A stretch of DNA of 64,000 bases from Ostrea edulis (Eukaryota), in NCBI RefSeq assembly GCF_947568905.1, contig NC_079164.1, forward strand, positions 34,100,001 through 34,164,000, read 5' to 3'. Positions 21,422-33,712 of this stretch are shown here, piece after piece. The notes below the pieces were generated by a model, which saw nothing but the letters and a program-made list of their open reading frames with translations, had not been told where the DNA came from and ran no database searches. How positions within the stretch are numbered: the first letter of the stretch is position 1; every line of letters starts with the position of its first letter. Made by a program: the position numbers and the translations under genes.

Positions 21422-22659
21422 GGGACCGGTCAATATTTATTGGGGAGTTGGGACCGGTGCAAAATGCAATAGGACACACATTTATTTTGACTTACATACT
21501 GATAGGATTCCAACTTTTTTTTATTGTCAACACTGATTGGACAGCTATAATTTTTTTGCAAATGTAGCAATGAACAAAAAATATTATAAAGTATTTTAAA
21601 CTTTTAATTCAACTATCTTACAAACAACAATGCTGAGTTGTGTGCATGCTTTACTTCATGTCCAAGTTAAATATACTAGAGACAATTTGCAATAAAATAC
21701 TGGACCTTTGAAATTTTTCAATATTAAAACATGTAATTTAAAAAAATCACAAAAGAAGTATTCAGCTGTGAATAACATTGCAAAGATTACATGTAAGTTT
21801 TGCATGGAGTATGGATTTCAATCATAGAAAATAAAAATGGTTTATCATGTTGTTCATAACTTGAAGGATACAGACCAGAAATTAACTAAAGTCTAAACAC
21901 ATCTTTAATAATTTGATAGTTTGCCAATACAACCTATCATTGGGTCGAATGCTGTCTGACTTGTTTCAAACTGATTGTCAGGCCGTTCTTGGCACATTGA
22001 TTTTGACTACGGATAACCCCGTTTACGTAATCAAGATATAGGGCTCACGGCGGGTGTGACCGGTCGACAGGGGATGCTTACTCCTCTTAGACAACTGATC
22101 CCACCTCTGGTATAACCAAGGGTCGGTGTTTGCCAAACTCTTTATTTTGTATTGCTTATAGAAGTTATGAGATTGATCACTTCGTTATCTTCACCTTTCA
22201 TAGAGAATACTGAGATGTGAAAAATACTCGCAAGTACATGAGATTATTATTAAGAATTCAGTAAAACAGTAATTTTAAAAAATGCAAAATGTAGTATTTT
22301 GAACAACAATTTAAGAAAAACATAAGATGAAAATAATGAGATTTGTAACTTAGCTAGACAAATTACCGAACAAACATGACAAAGTAAACAAACGTTTCTC
22401 AGGAACTTGAATTCCTCAACTAGTGATTATTATGAAGAACTCCAGAGATTTTTGAAATGAAATAAAAATGTTGTTTGATCTTACAAATATATTTATTTAT
22501 TAGATAGGACACACTTTTTTTATTACACATCTGATATGGGACAGCAACTTTTTTGTATTTTCAGAAGATAGGACATAGGTTTTTTGGGGGTTTTTTTTTT
22601 TACATATGGTAATATGGAATGCACTGGTCCCAACCCCCCAATAAATTTTGACCGGTCCC
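21422..22659. mobile_element. Non-autonomous TIR element, Kolobok-like
   Basis: TIRs GGGACCGGTCAA.ATTTATTGGGG..TTGGGACC.GTGCA / inverse; right flank TTAA, left flank TTA; ends in RR...YY; hosts a Penelope fragment. Confidence 0.65.
21917..22242 (+). mobile_element. Penelope-like 3' fragment nested in a TIR element
   Basis: Shared UTR ...GGGCTCACGGCGGGTGTGACCGGTCGACAGGGGATGCTTACTCC...TTCACCTTTCAT. Confidence 0.72.
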
Positions 22660-25600
22660 TTAACTTAACCCACCTCCAAATTGGATTGAGTTCACCCAGT
22701 GTGAACGTACGCGCTATTTTTTTGAGTTGGTGCTAATTAGCTTTATAGTATGAACCGACTCTTAATTCTACAGTAGAGATGGTGAAAATTAAACTGCAGC
22801 GAAAATAAGTATGTAAACAGAGTACAGTGGATAAAAGTTATTGTCACAGCTGTAATTTAAAGATAAGCAATTTGAATTTTGCTTTTTAAAGTGCATTAAG
22901 AATTGTGTCAGCACTTTAAATGTTTGTTTGATCAAAGCAGATTGCTGTACATTTACGAGAATATACGAATATAAAGTATAACAAAGTAGACAGATTTTCA
23001 TTTATACTGATGAAGTTAACCAAAGTGGTCCCGTGAGGACAAAAAGACTTCCACGTTAACATTCACGACACTGATACAGAAACCTAGCTGGGATTAAAAT
23101 GGCGTTGTAACATGGAAGAATGTCATGATAACATATATATTGTGGTATAACGACGAAGAAGAGACCAATTAGTCAAACGTTACGTATGAAACAGCTAAAC
23201 CAAGACCGGATTTATCTCCGGCGAGATAAGCGCAATGTATGGCTTGATAACGAGCTAGGTTTTTGTGAACTCTTGCGATAGATTCCGCATTTAGCTGCTT
23301 TATTATCCGTGAAATGGTAACAAAAACTCGCGTTCATTTTTTTTTATATAGCACTTCATGTTTATAGAAGTAACAAAACTAGAATATTTTCATGGATGAA
23401 GCGCGAAAAGTTAATGCTCTACAAACCCCCATCGTTGTTTGGAATTTGGGAAACCTTCGTATATTTATAATACTTCAATCTTATCAAAAGCGGCTTGTGT
23501 GTGTATGATAGTTTCTCAGAAGTATCAAACACGCTTCTATAGCAATTATATTTACTTTTAAATATCTCTCAACCAGGAATTGATTCGAAAATAGTCTGAG
23601 ATGTTTTGATGTATCGAGTCAAATGTATAGAAATGGGCCCGGATTTTGTTTTCAAACAACGTAATCTCCACATCTTGGCGCGTGTTTGATTTTGAATTAT
23701 TTTCTTTTGACCCACGTTAAAATTACCTAAAATTAAACGACAGCGAAAATAAAGCGGTATGCGTACAAAGTAAGTTTTACATTCCTTTCGTTACACAATA
23801 TCATGAAATAAAATTTGATAAGATTATTTTGAAAATTTACTCCTTTTGCATTTTGCACCAATATTGAACATGTGATGCATAATAAGTTATGCTGTATATA
23901 CTTTCATGTAAAATACTCGAATCTGATTGGTTGCGAAGCATTTGGGAAAAAAAACACCATAATATTTCCCTCTGAGAATAGAAACCACGCGCTCCAGGGT
24001 AACTTTTAGCAACGGGTAACATTACTTGACAACGGGTGATATTATTAAAAAAATTATCACATGCGTCAAATTTAAGTTTTACCCTCAACTACATGCGATA
24101 TTTGTTTTATTATACTGAATATTAGATAAGCAGAAAAACGTCCGTCTGTTGGCATTTGATCAATCACTGTCATGCGATGCGTTGTATTGTCGATGCAGGT
24201 ATTCGCGTTTATTAGATAGGTTTTCTCGGGGTGAAAATTTTCAATGTTACCCTCAACTACATACCATATTCATATATTGTTGCCGTCTTCCTTTATATTA
24301 GAATTGTGTACTTGTTTTGTCTACTGAACGAATTACCTCCGATTCGACTATATCTTGCGAAACGTAAAGTTGACGAACATTTTGTTTTACGTTGATAGAC
24401 ACGGCAATTCACGAAATGTGCTTGATTGATTGTTTGCATGTTGTTTTAAGCCGATTTGAAATTGTCACAGCCATGTTTCTATCAAATTGCTGCAAACCAA
24501 ATTAAACACAGCGAGGGTCTGTAAATTCCATAATCATTTCTTTTGGGGAAGAATTCATGTGCTGGCCTCATTTTGCAGTATCAACCAAAATATAGATATA
24601 CATTATGACTCAAGTATCATGCTAACTTTTCACACACATTATTACTTACCCCGGTAGACATACAATGTACATGCTTATGATGAAAATAAGAAACACCAGA
24701 ATGTCAAATCTATTAAACATACTTAGTGAGAAGTGAAACTAGAAAGACTATGGCAGTGTACGTATGCGTTTAAAGTACCTCATAGTGACGAAGTCATACG
24801 TTTATAGATATATAAATCTGTAAGTAAATGTTGATAAATCTATATAAAGTTGATAAATCGTAATGAAAGTTGATTTATCATGTAATTTTGATCGTAAGGA
24901 TGAGAAAAAGGTGGCGATAATTGGTTACCGTACATTAATTGGCATTCAACGGCCATACACCCAAAACGAAACTTTTGTGAGGACCCATAGCTTTGGTAAA
25001 GATGCTGTATAGCTTTAACATTCTAATATTTAATGAAAATGGTAACTTGTACCGTAAAGTAGTGTATTGTTCATGAATACAGAAAATCACACGAAAACAT
25101 GAAGGAAAGTGACTGTAACCGGTACTCGGCAAGTGTAACATTCTCACAAATTAGGGGGGGGGGGGGGGATCCTACAAAAAAATTGAAGCCTTTTTCCACA
25201 TGTCAGGTGAGATAAAAATAAGTTGATATCTTTTCGTTTCTTCCATCTATGTATCTCTCTATCCTTCTATTTCATTTCTACCGTCTACCTACTGGCCAAG
25301 CCAACATAGATTTTATGTACAGTGAATGCAAGCCGAGATTTTCCTCCAAAACAAAGCTGAATGTTGTATACACAGTACAATTATTGTTTCATACACTATG
25401 TTCAATATCGACATTACAGTGTTGGCAAAGTTGTGAAGATATCGTACTTTGTCCATATCTTTTACACCATCCGTTTGTTTTGTTCGATTGTATACTTTCC
25501 TTCAAGAATATTTCACTCGTATAGGGATATCATCAGCTCTTTTATACTCTCCATTTTTACCAAGAATATAAAATACTATTCGAAGAAACCGGTTATCTCA

Positions 25601-26317
25601 TGTCCCGCAGCTTTGTTATTTTTCTTGGCAATTAACAACAGAATACATATTGTTGGTTGAAAATTTGTCATTTATTAATGACGATTGAAGAAGCTGACAA
25701 CTTATTTACAACCCCTATAATAGGGAGATCCCCGGGTATCAAAACTACAACTCAGACAACCTAAACAACAATGACATTGGGATCTCCCTGATTTTTATAA
25801 ATCTTGTTAAATACAAACATAATGAAATAGAAAAATAAGGTGGCACCTTAAAATTTTGCCATAAAATCCAATGAGAATTTGATTTCCGCCTAGGTGAAGT
25901 GCCACGAATCTTGACCTATATGCTTGGCGCCCAGGGACGTAACAATGTGGGCTCTATATCGTGCCATACCTGCCGTGACACGATGCCTCGGACTTTTTAA
26001 AGTTTCATACGAAAGTCCCACAACTCTCACATTTAAATGCCGAGAGTTTGACAAAGGGGCCCATTTCTATATCTTGCGTTTGACGCAGCTAAGGAACGAG
26101 TTGGGCTCGAACCCACGATATGGTTACGATTCAAACGCTCTAACGAAGAAGATCAATCAAATCGTCATTTCATACCTCGAAATGTCGACAACATCAAAAT
26201 ATTGTGAACCGCAAGGTATGGTAGTCTTCTGTTCAAATTCTAAACGTATCAAATGTTGGTAAATTTAATGGAACTTTGGTACTTTTAGATACATGTATAT
26301 AACAGTAATGTTCTTAC

Positions 26318-26460
26318 ATTAAATCCGACTTTGGTACTAGTATTTTTTAGTGATGTTAGTGCGTAAAACATGATCGGACTTCCCTGTTTGTCTTCAGCCC
26401 CAACATGACGAACCTGGAAATGTATTTCATCTTCTGGAGAAATGTTTATCCCAGACATCA
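26318..26460 (-). other. Orphan exon-like segment with an open frame
   Basis: acatttattggcag|...MSGINISPEDEIHFQVRHVGAEDKQGSPIMFYALTSLKNTSTKVGFN|gtaaga. Confidence 0.3.
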
Positions 26461-27559
26461 CTGCCAATAAATGTAATGCACACATTTAGTCAACATTACG
26501 AAATTCAGATCTAGAACCTGAATTACATAATTTGATATAAAGAATGACTATGAATGGATGCGAAGCTTGACGACTCATTTATGATTCTAATTTACAAGAT
26601 TGCACTGCCAGACGAACGACTTTCCTAGTATCTATTTTTCATCATCCCACCATTTCATTGTTTTATTCTCTCTCTTAAAAGTTGCGTGTTCTAAAAATTG
26701 TCTAGAGTATAGAGAGGAAGCGATGCTATGCTTAGCTTAACAGTTTTGTAATCATATTCCAATAACCTCATCAGATTTAGCTGTTTCCGTTTTCATTCAG
26801 TTTTGGAAAGATGAAATCTAGAACCGTGGCACATAATCACAACAGATGCATGTGCGTGAATGAAAACAACATAGATATTTCAACTGACAAACGTTTGGTT
26901 AGAGTAACGTAAAGATGGCTCACCACAACGAGTTAAAAACTCGCGTCGTTTGATAAAGTAAATGTAACTGAACTACTGTTGCACCGTTGCATGCATTTCC
27001 ACACTCTGTATAATTATTCAACAGCTCAAAATGTAATATTAAGTTCAAGGAAATAAGAAAAAACTGTGTAAAAATTCACCTTATGCAAGTTGCGTCCCTA
27101 ATTACGCTAATGATTTGATGTTTTAACCACAGAATACTTCAGAAACATTAATTTCTACAAGCAGCACAGATCAATTGAAACACTTTATTTAAAAAAGGTG
27201 ATATTCAAATGGTTCGCATAATCGATGCCTTAAATGACTGTTAATTTGATAATGTATTGCCTCTCAAAGGAAAAAAAGTTAGAGATGTAAACAGTAGTTT
27301 GATTATGAAACCGGAAATAGTGTAATTACTCTGGGTGGTAGTCGTAAATTTTTGATATTATGTCGGTCATAATTTCCGTTATTTGAAAACACACTGACAA
27401 TTCAAAAAACTTTCCAAGGCATTGACATCGCTTTAAATCAAGGCTTTACGACACAAGGCCATAGCGTGCAATCTCTGAAAAGTACATTAGTCTTTATTTT
27501 GTTTTTAAGATTCTGCAATAGCTGTATGTACAAACGGATTCAGCCTTTATTAAGAAATA

Positions 27560-27717
27560 AATTTCCTTTTTGAAAGTACAGGAGGGTATGAATTGTGATG
27601 CATCACGCCGACATTCTATTCATGAAACGCGCGTTAGCGATAGCGCTTCATGAAAAGCTTGGCGGCTTGAAGGATCACAATTCATACTCTCGTGTATAAA
27701 TCTCAAAAATGGAAATT
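27560..27717. mobile_element. Short imperfect hairpin element
   Basis: AATTTCC.TTTTTGA...GGGTATGAATTGTGAT / ATCACAATTCATACTC...TCAAAAATGGAAATT around a GCGCGTTAGCG centre. Confidence 0.6.
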
Positions 27718-30407
27718 AGTTTTTGTGTTTACATTTTACTTTCATTTCTATAGGAATTTCCAGCCCTTGAAATAGATGTACTATATTTAGGAAGATTCAT
27801 ACGCAAATTGTTCATAACTGCATTGCATTCATGAGGAAATGGCTTTCATTACAATTTGTAAAGATATCAAAGGAAAAATATTCGAAATGTATTACATGTA
27901 CTATGAATTTTCCCCAAGAATATCCAAATAAAGCTAACAAGAAAGATTTATAATGTGGAGTTACGTCCCTTTGAAAAAAAATTTCCCACACAATTAAAGA
28001 CGTCTCCAGCTTTATAGGAATTGTCACAAATTTAGACCCCGCAGGGCCATTTAGCAGTTAGGGTTCTTTATCGTGTTAACACCTACCGTGACCTTGTGTT
28101 TTAAGATAATCAACCGAAAGACCCGCAACTTTCTCTTCTAGCACACAGCGGTTGGGATAGAATCACTTTTCATTTTAAACAATGTGGGTCTGTCGCGACC
28201 TGGAATCGAGCCCGGGTCTTCCACACACAGAACAAATATTCTACCTACTGAGTCTCCGCGATGATCTTTTGAAACAAGAAATAAAAACTTTGTTGATTAG
28301 ATCATTTGTTACCTCATATGTATACTTTTTTCTGACAAAGTCCAACATTTTCATTGATATGATTTTTAACGTCCTGTTCAGTTCCAAACACGCTATGATT
28401 GGAGGGGTCGTTCAACGACTGGGTAAATATTGCATCTACACTAACAATTCAATTCGTGGCATTAGAAAACTACAATATTAAGGCCCCAGCTTATTTCGCA
28501 CTTCCAAAACGATAAGCTGCAGTGTTAGCATTATTCGATGAACTCCAATTTCTTTCGTTTTCCTGTTGGAGCAAGATCATAGACATATTCAAGAGATCAA
28601 CAGAAGTACATTTTATTTAAGAGGAAGGAAAAAGTACATGTGTACTAATAACATGGCATTGTTTGATAAAGCTACGAAATGTAATGCCAAAAGTTGATGA
28701 AACCACAGAATCTAATATCTGAGGATAATTCCGGCTGATGGTGTCGTGGTAACATCCGCCATGATCTGCGATCGCACACCACATCAACTGTTTATGTATA
28801 ACAAGAAGTACGTGTATTGATAATTTAAAATGATAACATTATAAAAGGTAAATATTAAAAAAGGAGATTACCATATTAACGAATATCTGCATGATGTACA
28901 TGAGATGGGTTCGGTAGTTTAGCCGTGGATTGTCCGCTCCAAGAGTTTGAACCCAGTGAAAGACTTAATGTATTGACCGATCCTTCGCCATCAGCACGGC
29001 CCATGAAGTGAGTGTGGATTAGGTCCCCTGTTGTGCTAAGATATATAACTGTTAAATTACCCATAGTGCCCAGTATAGATCAAAATTTGTGGCAATTCAG
29101 CCCTAGATATATACTGTAGAACAAGATACGTGAAGGGAAGTTGTATTCTAAATAAGCAATCAATCGTGACAAAATAAGGCTTTTTATTTAGATATTTATT
29201 CAAGTCAAATATTGAAAATGACGTGTACCTTTTACTTTCTTTGATTGTATTACAACAACGAACCTCTTTCTTTAAAAAAATGTAACGAAAACATTGAAAT
29301 ATTAGTGTTCTAAATTTTTTTTTTTAAACTTGTAGGTCAAGGTGGCGTTTAGCATTTGTCCGATTTATTGAATTTCCATCCTGCTAAAGTTACAATACAG
29401 TTGTCAGATGGAATTAATTCTGTAACAATTATTAAAAACACACATCAAAGACAACCATTAAAAGGAATTCATTTAGGACCAATTTAAAAGTATCTAGCTT
29501 TGCACTTGATGTGATTGTGGTAAACAGAGAAGTCGTAAATGACCTCCTTTAACGTGCTCACATTAAGGCTCCTAAATTAATACTATGATACCATCATTGT
29601 GAAACCAACACTCCGTCGACACTTGTCAATTTCAATGTGGGAACATATCGACTCGTGTGTTCATTCCAGAGAAATCGAAAGTCAGCATTTTTTCGTATGT
29701 TCCTTCTGTAAAGGACAACTAGGTTAACGGTGGAACATATGAAAGTATTTTCGCCATTGGAGTTTGTCAATATTCAGTGAAAGGCAATACATTTGCGAAA
29801 TATTTCTATTGATATAAAAATTCCATCTCTTTTGGTGATACTATCTATATTAAGTATATACTAAGTCTATCTTCATTTTACTGCTCAAGAAGTTCTAACA
29901 TAATACATATATTTACATTTATCATATACTTGGTAATGATTATGCATATTCTGCACTGTGTGATACGGGTGACGTCACAATAGCCAATATCAACGGCCGG
30001 TCCAAAAATCCATATCACATATCAGACCGGCGTGCAAAAATGCATATCAAGCCGGAAATTACGTATTCGCTCGTAATAATCAGTGTGTCAACGTTTTTAC
30101 CATAGTAAATCAATGTATCAAGTTGTTTACAGTAGTAAAACAATATATCAAAGTTTTTACCATACATGTAGTTAACCAAGGTATGTATTAAAATAAGTTT
30201 TTACTGTTGGCAGTGAAGTTTTTACCATTCTAGTAAATCAAAGTTTTTACCATAGTAAATCAATGTATCAAGGTAAGCAATGTATCAAATATTTCTTGAT
30301 TTATCTCTAAAGTGCAATGAATTAACCCGAATGTGATGAATATGTATACAAGATTTAGTAATAAGTATAAAAAAAGCAGTATATGATAAATAGAATATTA
30401 CATAAAT

Positions 30408-30524
30408 AGAATATTACATGCTAAAATTCATATCATATGTCATATCAGCCCTCGGGCCCCATTTCAACCCTCGGGTCCTCGGGCTGATATGACATACGAT
30501 ATGGATTTTAGCGTGTAATATTCT
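30408..30524. mobile_element. Short hairpin element (44-bp arms)
   Basis: AGAATATTACATGCTAAAATTCATATCATATGTCATATCAGCCC ... GGGCTGATATGACATACGATATGGATTTTAGCGTGTAATATTCT. Confidence 0.7.
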
Positions 30525-31592
30525 CTATGTATCAAGTAGAAAAACTTAATTTAAACGTGTATTGAACCTTTGAAGTTCTACAGCAAACACAGTGGCAGCA
30601 GAACTTAGAATTAATTACAGTTATGGGAATATTGGCTTCAAAAGTACAATTAATGTAAATTCCATTGCATGCTAATTTCGTCTTAGTTCCTATAGGACCT
30701 GTGATTGGTTTGTGACTGAAATCGGTTATGGGCCATGTCATGGTTAGGCAAGTCGTACACAATTTGTTTCCGACCTGCAGCATGACTACATACGATGAAA
30801 ACTGAACGGCTTGCTTCGACAAATCCTGCAACAGTTACCGATTGGCTAGAACTGATGATATGACAGGTGACGTCATGCCTGACTGTGAAGTATCTAAGTT
30901 ATAAATAATTTATACTGCAGATCTAGAGATGATCAAGATCCGGAACCAAGGTAGATCCTGAGGGAAGCAAACAGATGCATACTTTCCATTTTGATACTAT
31001 ACATTGGCATGGTAGGCACAATGCAAACCACGCCATGTCGTTGTCTTGCATCTAGCATTCTGCAAGTCATTTCATACGCAAACGAGTTCAAGAACTAGCA
31101 AAGACTTGTCGCATGACTAAGTTCAATGACAGTTAAGTCTTCTAAAGCCTGCGTCTTATGCAAAATATGATTTTTGACGTACGATAACATTTTGACGTGG
31201 TCAAAACAAAAAGTACTGTCGTAAGTTTGTAGGAGGTAGATTTGGAAGTTGCGTGTAAGATTTCACATATAAATTATGTTGTACGAATATTGTACGTAGT
31301 AGTAGGCTAAGGTTTTAACAGCAAAATTCCTATTACAATTGTGTATATTCCCTCCACAAAAAAAAACGATTCTATTGTCGAACAACATTCCTCCGACGAA
31401 CAGCTGTTGTACAACTACTGTAGGGCTATCGAATATACAACCAAATGTACAACCTACAACCGGACAATGTAGCACAGCTTACGACAGGACTATTGATTAA
31501 TATATAAAACAAATCACTGCACTATAGAATCATGGGCGATATCCATGGTCCATATTGCCCTAAAAACTAATCAATCTAGGACAGGAGTGTTG

Positions 31593-31690
31593 AATACACA
31601 ACTTACAACAGGACTATCGAATACACAACTTACAACAGGACTATCGAATACACAACTTACAACAGGACTATCGAATACACAACCTTCAAC
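31593..31690. repeat. 27-bp tandem repeat, about 3.5 copies
   Basis: GAATACACAACTTACAACAGGACTATC. Confidence 0.85.
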
Positions 31691-32009
31691 AGTTTTTCAA
31701 CAAGCTGTAAATTCAAAAGTGAATTCATTTGTGTTCGTGTACCTATGATGTAATGATATGCGCTGACTCCAGTGGCAGGGTATACATGTTCTCATGGTGT
31801 CATAGTAGACATATGTGGTCAGTAAACCACGTGTAAGGGGCATATTGATAATATTAGGTTAGTAAGAGGCATAATATTGTTGTATGTAGTATTGGTTTAA
31901 GCCAATGAAATTCCAGGATTTTTATCAGAGGCAGAATAAATGTATACAGGAGGTCGAACATACATTTTAACGATAGTAATGTATATTAGTATCGGAATTA
32001 CAGTCGGGT

Positions 32010-32080
32010 ATTAACCCACAACATTCGCAGATCATTAACCCACAACATTCGCAGAACATTAACCCACAATATTCGCAGAG
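32010..32080. repeat. 24-bp tandem repeat, 3 copies
   Basis: ATTAACCCACAACATTCGCAGA(T/A)C. Confidence 0.8.
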
Positions 32081-32536
32081 CGTCTGAAAGAGGAATATTC
32101 TCTCAGGACTGTCTTTTTGTCTAACATACAATCGTAGGACTATCCAAGAAAATCTGAGGACCTCATATCGCCCATGACATTATCAGGTTTATTTTGCAGA
32201 TTTATCGTGAAAAAATCGTAGAACTTGTATTGAAAGGCATCGTGCGATAGACTTAGGACGCTGAAAAATGTTCAAAACTGTACAAAAATGTTACTGAGAG
32301 CCACAAGAGTGTCTGGATTTGATAGTTTAAGACTTTGACGACAGTGTTTAGTTCTATACATTCTACCTGGTGCTTATATTCTTCCTTTGACATTGCTACT
32401 AGTATTTGTAAGCGATAATATTCCTGAAAGATTTGAACGTAAAGACATGTAATTGGATGTTTTTTTCTCTGTTGAGGTTAGTAAGTGTCCAGTTATCAAC
32501 GCCCTCATTTTCCTCCACTTGTTCAGGTCATTCTCC

Positions 32537-32938
32537 ACAAAACATACATCGCTATGTCTGGATACTAGTGCCACAAAACATACATCGCTACGTCTGGATA
32601 CTAGTGTTACAAAACATACATCGCTATGTCTGGATACTAGTGTTACAAAACATACATCGCTATGTCTGGATACTAGTGCCACAAAACATACATCGCTACG
32701 TCTGGATACTAGTGTTACAAAACATACATCGCTATGTCTGGATACTAGTGTTACAAAACATACATCGCTATGTCTGGATACTAGTGTTACAAAACATACA
32801 TCGCTATGTCTGGATACTAGTGTTACAAAACAAACATCGCTATGTCTGGATACTAGTGTTACAAAACAAATATCGCTATGTCTGGATACTAGTGTTACAA
32901 AACATACATCGCTATGTCTGGATACTAGTGTTACAAAA
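32537..32938. repeat. 36-bp minisatellite, 11 copies
   Basis: ACAAAACATACATCGCTATGTCTGGATACTAGTGTT, head-to-tail with no spacers. Confidence 0.95.
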
Positions 32939-33475
32939 TAGACTTTGGTTGAGTTTCCTATCTTCCTTTAGGGGCATAGTGAATGTTCACCTGTACCATT
33001 GCGATGTAGACGCTATTTGATATTAACGTCAAACAGAACAACCATCTTTTGGCTACTGGTAGTGATCTTCCTGAGATCGAAAAGATTGACGATAAGGTTA
33101 AAAGCGGGTCACCATGTGTCTGACCATACCATTAGTCGTATGAGCACCTTAGACTGTCATTGTGATCGATTAATCGTACCGTCATTCAACTTTCCAACCA
33201 CAGCTGGCAATCGCAATTTGAGGTTGCAGTAAATACTACGGATCGTACACTCGATCGAATCACCACCAATAGCACGAATAACACGAGTCAGGAATCGTCC
33301 GATTCCCGCAACTTGCTGTACTACAGTTTCTGTTACGTACAACTGTAAAGAACCTGTCGTTGGAATGACTGACGTTCAATTAGTCTCAACTGGTTGCGTG
33401 ACTTATGTTTATACTCTTCTGGTGACGAAGTACCTATACCAGTGTATATTTCTTTGGTCTACACCTGAAGCTGCC

Positions 33476-33712
33476 AGTCCTCAGTACCCGTTGCTTGTCG
33501 TAAGAGGCGACTAAATGGAGCGGTCCTTCGGATGAGACCGCAATAACCGAAGCCCCGTGTCACAGCAGGTGTGGCGCGATAAAGATCCCTCCCTGCTCAA
33601 AGGCCGTAAGCGCCGAGCATAGACCTACATTTTACAGCCCTTCACCGGCAATGGTGACGTCTCTATATGAGTGAAAAATTATCGAGAGGGGTGTTAAAGT
33701 ATATACAACCAA
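33476..33712 (+). mobile_element. SINE family B
   Basis: Near-complete copy with an AACCAACC tail. Confidence 0.78.

Noticed and set aside
30532-30831. 99-aa Cys-rich minus-strand ORF, or a SEFIR-like reading in another frame
   Set aside because: Several frames look equally plausible, the length is within chance for 64 kb, and no motif can be named
32537-32938. 36-bp repeats as a CRISPR array or a repeat-protein gene
   Set aside because: Units are directly head-to-tail with no unique spacers, there are no cas genes and the context is eukaryotic. The long ORFs arise because a stop-free 36-bp unit keeps frame.
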